NCBI GenBank assembly: GCA_964599215.1 | Contig: CAZRDV010000002.1 | Location: 36,119 to 100,118, forward strand | Direction of reading: 5' to 3' | Origin: an uncultured archaeon | Lineage (GTDB): Archaea; Aenigmatarchaeota; Aenigmatarchaeia; GW2011-AR5 | Length of the DNA: 64,000 nt | Part shown: positions 59,877 to 64,000 of the stretch, piece by piece | Position numbering within the stretch: position 1 is the first letter of the stretch | How the letters are laid out: each line of letters starts with the position of its first letter | Notes under the pieces: model-generated | Told to the model about the DNA's origin: nothing | Seen by the model: only the letters and a program-made list of their open reading frames with translations | The model's database searches: none | Made by a program: the position numbers and the translations under genes

Positions 59877-61255
59877 AGATAGGACTGGAGATCCACACGC
59901 AGCTGACAACAAAAACAAAGCTGTTCTGCAGCTGTTCAAATAGGATGGAAAAGAATCCGAACAGCCTTTGCTGTCCTACTTGCTTAGGCATGCCTGGGTC
60001 AAAGCCCGTTATAAACAGGAGTGCAATAGACTACGGCATAAAGATTGCTCTTGCGCTCAACTGCAGGCTTCCGCAAGAGGCCTTCTTTTCCAGGAAAGCA
60101 TATTTCTACCCGGATATGTCAAAGAATTTCCAGATAACACAGTTCGAGATACCCCTGGCCAGAAATGGTTTTATCAAAACAAACAACAAAAAGGTCAGAA
60201 TAACAAGAATCAATCTGGAAGAAGACCCTGCAAGAATCGTTCATCTCGGAACAATTACAGAGGCTAAGTATGTCCTTGTGGATTATAACCGTTCAGGCAC
60301 CCCGTTGTGCGAGATTGTTACAGAGCCTGACATAAAATCACCAAAAGAAGCCAGGTTAATCCTGCAGGAGCTATCCACGGTGCTACAGTACCTGGATGTA
60401 TTTGACCCTGATATAGAAGGCTCGATGAGAGTTGATAGCAACGTGTCTATCGGAGAGACGCGTGTAGAGATAAAGAACATTTCAGGCTTCAAGGATGTTG
60501 AACGCGCTCTTAACTACGAGATAATAAGGCAGAAGAATATTCTGAGAAGAGGTGGAAAGATTATTCGTGAGACAAGGGCCTGGGATGCGCTGGCAGGCGT
60601 TACAAGGTCACTGCGGGTGAAAGAGGCAGAAGAGGATTATGGCTATATATTTGAACCTGACCTTCCAAGGATTACGATTGACAGGAAAAAGGTAGCTGGG
60701 ATAAAGAAATCATTGCCTGAATTCGCCTCGCAGAAGGTAGCAAGATACAAGAAACAGTTCTCTATTCCCAAGAACCTGTCCTTCCCGATAACGATTGACC
60801 CTGATATTGCAGAATGCTTTGAAGAAGTAATAAAAAACATTGACCCGATGCTCGCAGCCAGGTTCTTTGCAAAGGAGTTATTGAAAACTCTGAATTACAG
60901 CAAGGTCACCATAAAAGATACCAGCATAATGCCCAAACACCTCGTAGATCTACTGGACTTAATAAGCCAGAAGGTCATAACAGAAAGAACAGGCGAGATG
61001 ATGCTGAGGGAGATGATAAAGAAAGAGCCCGACGAGGTCTTGAGGATAAGAGGCGTTTCCAGAATATTCGACGAGAAGGTACTGGAGCCTATTATCAAAG
61101 AAGCAATGGAAGAGAATCCTACTGCCATTATAGATTATAAATCAGGCAAGAAAGAGGCTTTCCACTTCCTGGTTGGCCAGGTAATGAGAAAAACCAAGGG
61201 CAGGGGTGACTCAGAAACCATAAGGAAGCTACTGAGGAAGAGGCTGAGCAACTAA
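59873..61255 (+). CDS. gatB: Glu/Asp-tRNA amidotransferase subunit B
   Basis: MKIGLEIHTQL...KLFCSC...LGMPGSKPV...YPDMSKNFQITQ...NLEEDPAR. Confidence 0.95.
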   Translation: MKIGLEIHTQLTTKTKLFCSCSNRMEKNPNSLCCPTCLGMPGSKPVINRSAIDYGIKIALALNCRLPQEAFFSRKAYFYPDMSKNFQITQFEIPLARNGFIKTNNKKVRITRINLEEDPARIVHLGTITEAKYVLVDYNRSGTPLCEIVTEPDIKSPKEARLILQELSTVLQYLDVFDPDIEGSMRVDSNVSIGETRVEIKNISGFKDVERALNYEIIRQKNILRRGGKIIRETRAWDALAGVTRSLRVKEAEEDYGYIFEPDLPRITIDRKKVAGIKKSLPEFASQKVARYKKQFSIPKNLSFPITIDPDIAECFEEVIKNIDPMLAARFFAKELLKTLNYSKVTIKDTSIMPKHLVDLLDLISQKVITERTGEMMLREMIKKEPDEVLRIRGVSRIFDEKVLEPIIKEAMEENPTAIIDYKSGKKEAFHFLVGQVMRKTKGRGDSETIRKLLRKRLSN

Positions 61256-61552
61256 CTTTAGCTTTTCAACTATTTTATCAGAAAACCTATATTCTTCTAC
61301 CATGTTTGATTCTAGATATTTAGATCTAAAAGAAAAAAGTTCCATTTCCTCATCTACAGCTAAATCAAGCTTTAATATGTCAGAAAAGGGCCATTTACTC
61401 TTAGTTATATGAATACTTGTTTTACCGTTTTTATTTTTAGATTGATACCTCCAACCCATTTCTTCTGTAGCCATTTCTAAAGAAGATGAAAGATCTTCAG
61501 TAGAATAACGAGAACATAAACCAGGTGTTTCCTCAAAGAAAATATAGATCAT
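61229..61552 (-). CDS. Hypothetical protein (107 aa), AT-rich
   Basis: ORF convergent with gatB, with a 27-nt 3' overlap. No family recognised. Confidence 0.4.
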   Translation of the reverse strand: MIYIFFEETPGLCSRYSTEDLSSSLEMATEEMGWRYQSKNKNGKTSIHITKSKWPFSDILKLDLAVDEEMELFSFRSKYLESNMVEEYRFSDKIVEKLKLVAQPLPQ

Positions 61553-61622
61553 TTACTGATCCTACCCTGTTAATAATTAGTCTCATCAAGCTTTAAATTT
61601 TTCTGTTTTTGATTATGCTTAC

Positions 61623-61709
61623 GGGTCTGTAGTTTAGCCAGGATAGAACGACCGGCTTCGGTTATTAGAAGATACCGGTAGATCGGGGGTTCGAATCCCT
61701 CCAGGCCCA
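61623..61709 (+). tRNA. tRNA-Arg(UCG) with a 12-nt intron (61662-61673)
   Basis: Acceptor GGGTCTG/CAGGCCC, T-arm GGGGG-TTCGAAT-CCCTC, anticodon stem ACCGG/CCGGT, loop CTTCGG|TTATTAGAAGAT|A. Central helix CTTC/GAAG with bulges GGT and ATA. Confidence 0.75.
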
Positions 61710-61718
61710 TTTGATAAC

Positions 61719-62321
61719 ATGATAGAAATCTATCAGATTCTTCTTAACCATTTTGGCAAACAGAAATGGTGGCCGTGTAGAACCGGAGATCGTTTCGAAA
61801 TAATTGTAGGGGCAATACTAACACAGAACACCAACTGGAAAAACGTTGATAAGGCACTTGATAATCTGATAAAAAACAAAATGCTCTCAAAGAATAAAAT
61901 CAAGAAAATTCCAATCAGCAGGCTTTCTGCATTAATAAAGCCAGCTGGGTACTACAACCAGAAGGCAAAGAAGCTGAAAGCATTTGTCAAATACAACGGA
62001 AAGATAACAAGAGCGTCTTTACTCTCAATATGGGGTATTGGTTATGAAACTGCTGATTCTATTATGCTCTATGCCTACAATAAGCCGTACTTTGTAGTAG
62101 ATGCATACACTAAGAGAATATTCTCTAGGCTTGGTCTAATCAAAACGCAAGACTATGAGTATGTCAGAAACTACTTTGAATCAAAACTGCCGAAAAGCAT
62201 CAGTGTCTACAAGGAATTTCACGCACTTATAGTCGAGCTGGCAAAAAGGCACTGTAAAAAAGAGCCTTTATGCAGAGAATGTCCTTTAGCAGGAAGATGC
62301 AGGCATGCAAAAAGATTATAG
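61719..62321 (+). CDS. HhH-GPD superfamily DNA glycosylase (endonuclease III-related, Fe-S loop)
   Basis: VGAILTQNTNWKNV, LSIWGIGYETADSIMLYA, VDAYTKRI; C-terminal CKKEPLCRECPLAGRC. Confidence 0.8.
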   Translation: MIEIYQILLNHFGKQKWWPCRTGDRFEIIVGAILTQNTNWKNVDKALDNLIKNKMLSKNKIKKIPISRLSALIKPAGYYNQKAKKLKAFVKYNGKITRASLLSIWGIGYETADSIMLYAYNKPYFVVDAYTKRIFSRLGLIKTQDYEYVRNYFESKLPKSISVYKEFHALIVELAKRHCKKEPLCRECPLAGRCRHAKRL

Positions 62322-62861
62322 ACCTACCAGACCCAGGAAGAACCCTCCCAGATTAATTATTATCAGGAGATTGAATATGAAATTTACCACAGGGTAGATT
62401 AGATCTGGCGGCTTTCCAATTATTCTGTCAGTAACAACATACGCTATTTCCTTTACCATAAAAACTGCAAGGAAGATGGTCAGCAGTGGAAAACCAGCAA
62501 GAAGGCCTGCAACAGCAGCTCCTAATGCTTCTACAAGATTCTGCGGCGAGGGCACGAACAACGGCCATTCAGGCGGCACTAGCGGTAGAAGCATGTATCT
62601 TAACCCGTAGAGTATTGGCACAATTATTATAATCATTGCAAAAGCAATAACAGGGCCGTAGATTATACCCATTAGGATTGTTGCTATTGTTGTGAATTCT
62701 ATACCGAACTTGTGGACTATGCCTGAAAGCCCTATTATTATCTTGTCAAACCACAGAACTGCAAAAATAGCTGCAAGAACATGTCCGCCAAGCAGGTAGA
62801 AAAATGCGTAGCCTAGAACAAAGGAGACAGCAAGTAAACTAATGTTTCTTTTTTTGAACAT
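62316..62861 (-). CDS. Polytopic membrane protein, hypothetical
   Basis: 181 aa, about 5 hydrophobic helices. No family recognised. Confidence 0.5.
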   Translation of the reverse strand: MFKKRNISLLAVSFVLGYAFFYLLGGHVLAAIFAVLWFDKIIIGLSGIVHKFGIEFTTIATILMGIIYGPVIAFAMIIIIVPILYGLRYMLLPLVPPEWPLFVPSPQNLVEALGAAVAGLLAGFPLLTIFLAVFMVKEIAYVVTDRIIGKPPDLIYPVVNFIFNLLIIINLGGFFLGLVGL

Positions 62862-63057
62862 CTTATTCCTCTTCTTTAGGCATGTACCCAGGAGTCAATC
62901 AGATCGATTATTATTATGAATATAAGCAGGTACAGATTAAATGGTAAACTGTATGAGAATATCATACCTAGATATACAATAGTACCTATCGGTATTGTCC
63001 TGATAAATCTTGCCAAGGCTCCAAATAGAAATTTCATTATTATAACACCACATGCTA

Positions 63058-63132
63058 TGCTCCTGCTGGGATTTGAACCCAGGTCTCGGCCTCGAGAGGG
63101 CCGCATCCTTAACCGGGCTAGACTACAGGAGC
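63058..63132 (-). tRNA. tRNA-Glu(CUC), intron-less
   Basis: The reverse complement is GCTCCTG-TA-GTCTAGCCCGGTTAAGGAT-G-CGGCC-CTCTCGA-GGCCG-AGACC-TGGGTTCAAATCCCA-GCAGGAGC-A. Confidence 0.85.
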
Positions 63133-63194
63133 AATACTAATAATGAGGCAAAGATAAGTTTTTTAAATTATCTTTAAGGAGTATATCTAAAGAT

Positions 63195-63323
63195 GCGAGG
63201 ATACCCAAGCGGTCAAAGGGGCTAGGCTTAGGGCGCTAGCCGGCTAAAGGGGCTAGGATCAGGACCTAGTGTAAGAAACCTAGTGGCTTAGTGCCTTCGG
63301 GGGTTCGAATCCTCCTCCTCGCA
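63195..63323 (+). tRNA. tRNA-Leu(UAG), type II, with a 45-nt intron (63233-63277) in a textbook hBHBh' motif
   Basis: Acceptor GCGAGGA/TCCTCGC, anticodon stem CTAGG/CCTAG, loop CTTAGG|intron|A. The helices are CTTA/TAAG (central) and CGCTAG/CTAGTG (outer), with 3-nt bulges GGG and AAA. Confidence 0.85.
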
Positions 63324-63362
63324 TTACCTCAAATTCAATTTTATAGGGTAGGTTTTTAATCC

Positions 63363-64000
63363 ATGGTTGCGCGATTCTTTCCTGTTGATAAGGAAGATGA
63401 GTTCCTGAAAACTCTTGAAAAAGAGTTAGGAAAAAGATTCTCTTCAGGCGAGAAAATAGCTATTAAGCTGCACATGGGTGAACCAGGCAATAAAACAAGG
63501 TTATCAATACCGTTTGTAAGAAAGATTGTTGATATTCTTTCTAAATTAGGAACAAAGCCGTTTCTTTTCGACAGCCCTGTTAGATATACTAGTCCAAGGA
63601 GCACAGAAGAAGGTTACATAAAAGCAGCCAAAGGAGAAGGCTGGGAAGCAGCTGGTTGCCCAATAATCGTGTCTAACAATGCAGTGCAGCTAAAGGGAAA
63701 ATATGCAACATATGGTGTGTGCAAGGATCTTGTAGATGCTGATGGGGTTCTTGTCCTTACCCATGTAAAAGGACATATATGCTCAGGCTTTGGAGCTTCT
63801 ATAAAGAATCTGGGAATGGGCGCATTGACCAAGGAAACAAAAGGAATGATACATGAAGGCGGTGAACCAGACTATGTTGGTGGTTGTACCTTGTGTAAAG
63901 AGTGCTCAAAGAACTGTCCTACAGATAACATAAGATATGAGGACAGGCCTTTTTTCGATAAGAGCTGGTGTTGTGGCTGCTCGAACTGCGCCAGGGTATG
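63363..64000 (+). CDS. DUF362-like protein with a ferredoxin-type Cys cluster, 3'-truncated by the window edge
   Basis: Not in the ORF track because there is no stop inside the window: MVARFFPVDKEDEFLKTLEKELG...IAIKLHMGEPGN...VLVLTHVKGHICSGFGASIKNLGMG...CTLCKECSKNCP... Confidence 0.7.
   Translation, partial: MVARFFPVDKEDEFLKTLEKELGKRFSSGEKIAIKLHMGEPGNKTRLSIPFVRKIVDILSKLGTKPFLFDSPVRYTSPRSTEEGYIKAAKGEGWEAAGCPIIVSNNAVQLKGKYATYGVCKDLVDADGVLVLTHVKGHICSGFGASIKNLGMGALTKETKGMIHEGGEPDYVGGCTLCKECSKNCPTDNIRYEDRPFFDKSWCCGCSNCARV

Noticed and set aside
62876-63106. A 76-aa minus-strand ORF.
   Set aside because: Its 5' part is the tRNA-Glu(CUC) gene itself (63058-63132, minus strand), and the remainder is spacer.
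63356-63832. Two minus-strand ORFs (63356-63604 and 63614-63832).
   Set aside because: They are antisense to the much better supported DUF362-like CDS that runs off the window end on the plus strand.
1-64000. A window-wide search for CRISPR arrays, rRNA genes, integrases/transposases and prophage structural genes.
   Set aside because: I saw none by eye. No regularly spaced direct repeats, no rRNA-like conserved stretches, and no recombinase or capsid/terminase-like translations appear in the ORF track.

Overview
This is a compact archaeal chromosomal segment, moderately AT-rich by eye and almost fully coding. I had no tools, so every call rests on reading the translations and the DNA directly. 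It is dominated by information-processing genes. These include archaeal/eukaryal-type ribosomal proteins (S15, L44e, L10e, S2, S27e, L7Ae, S28e, L24e, S13, S4, S11, L13, S9, L15e, S3Ae) and RNA polymerase subunits Rpo3/Rpo6/Rpo10. Translation and RNA-processing genes include aEF-1beta, aIF2 alpha and beta, Cbf5-Nop10-L7Ae, RNase P proteins Pop5/Rpp30, KsgA, ArgRS, GatCAB, ABCE1 and deoxyhypusine synthase. Replication genes are a fused PriS-PriL primase, a GINS subunit and the RFC large subunit. FtsZ, enolase, a 4-subunit 2-oxoacid:ferredoxin oxidoreductase, inositol-1-phosphate synthase, glycosyltransferases and two radical SAM enzymes are also present. There are six tRNA genes, five of them with introns at the canonical 37/38 position. 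I found no rRNA, CRISPR array, transposase or integrase. Seven conserved genes are missing from the supplied ORF track. Six are shorter than 60 aa (Zn-ribbon, Trm112-like, Nop10, S27e, L24e, Sec61beta) and one is a 3'-open DUF362-like CDS at the window end. The fused primase, intron-rich tRNAs and short proteins suggest a small-genome, DPANN-like archaeon, but that is inference only. Five items merit follow-up. (1) An 89-nt triple-stem palindromic element occurs twice in inverted orientation (21.3 kb and 41.9 kb). The two copies differ only by compensatory or unpaired substitutions, and satellite copies of its 14-nt arm sit upstream of four operons. (2) A block of about 7 kb (39.9-46.8 kb) consists entirely of uncharacterised genes. 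It holds a paralog pair plus an amphipathic/coiled-coil protein, a membrane-anchored 545-aa protein translationally coupled to a TIM-barrel protein with a large insertion, and an MNT-HEPN fusion. (3) The tRNA-Leu(UAG) intron embeds a second, perfect anticodon arm (CAG). (4) A near-identical promoter/leader of about 45 nt is shared by two unrelated orphan genes. (5) Structured non-coding candidates lie near ftsZ.
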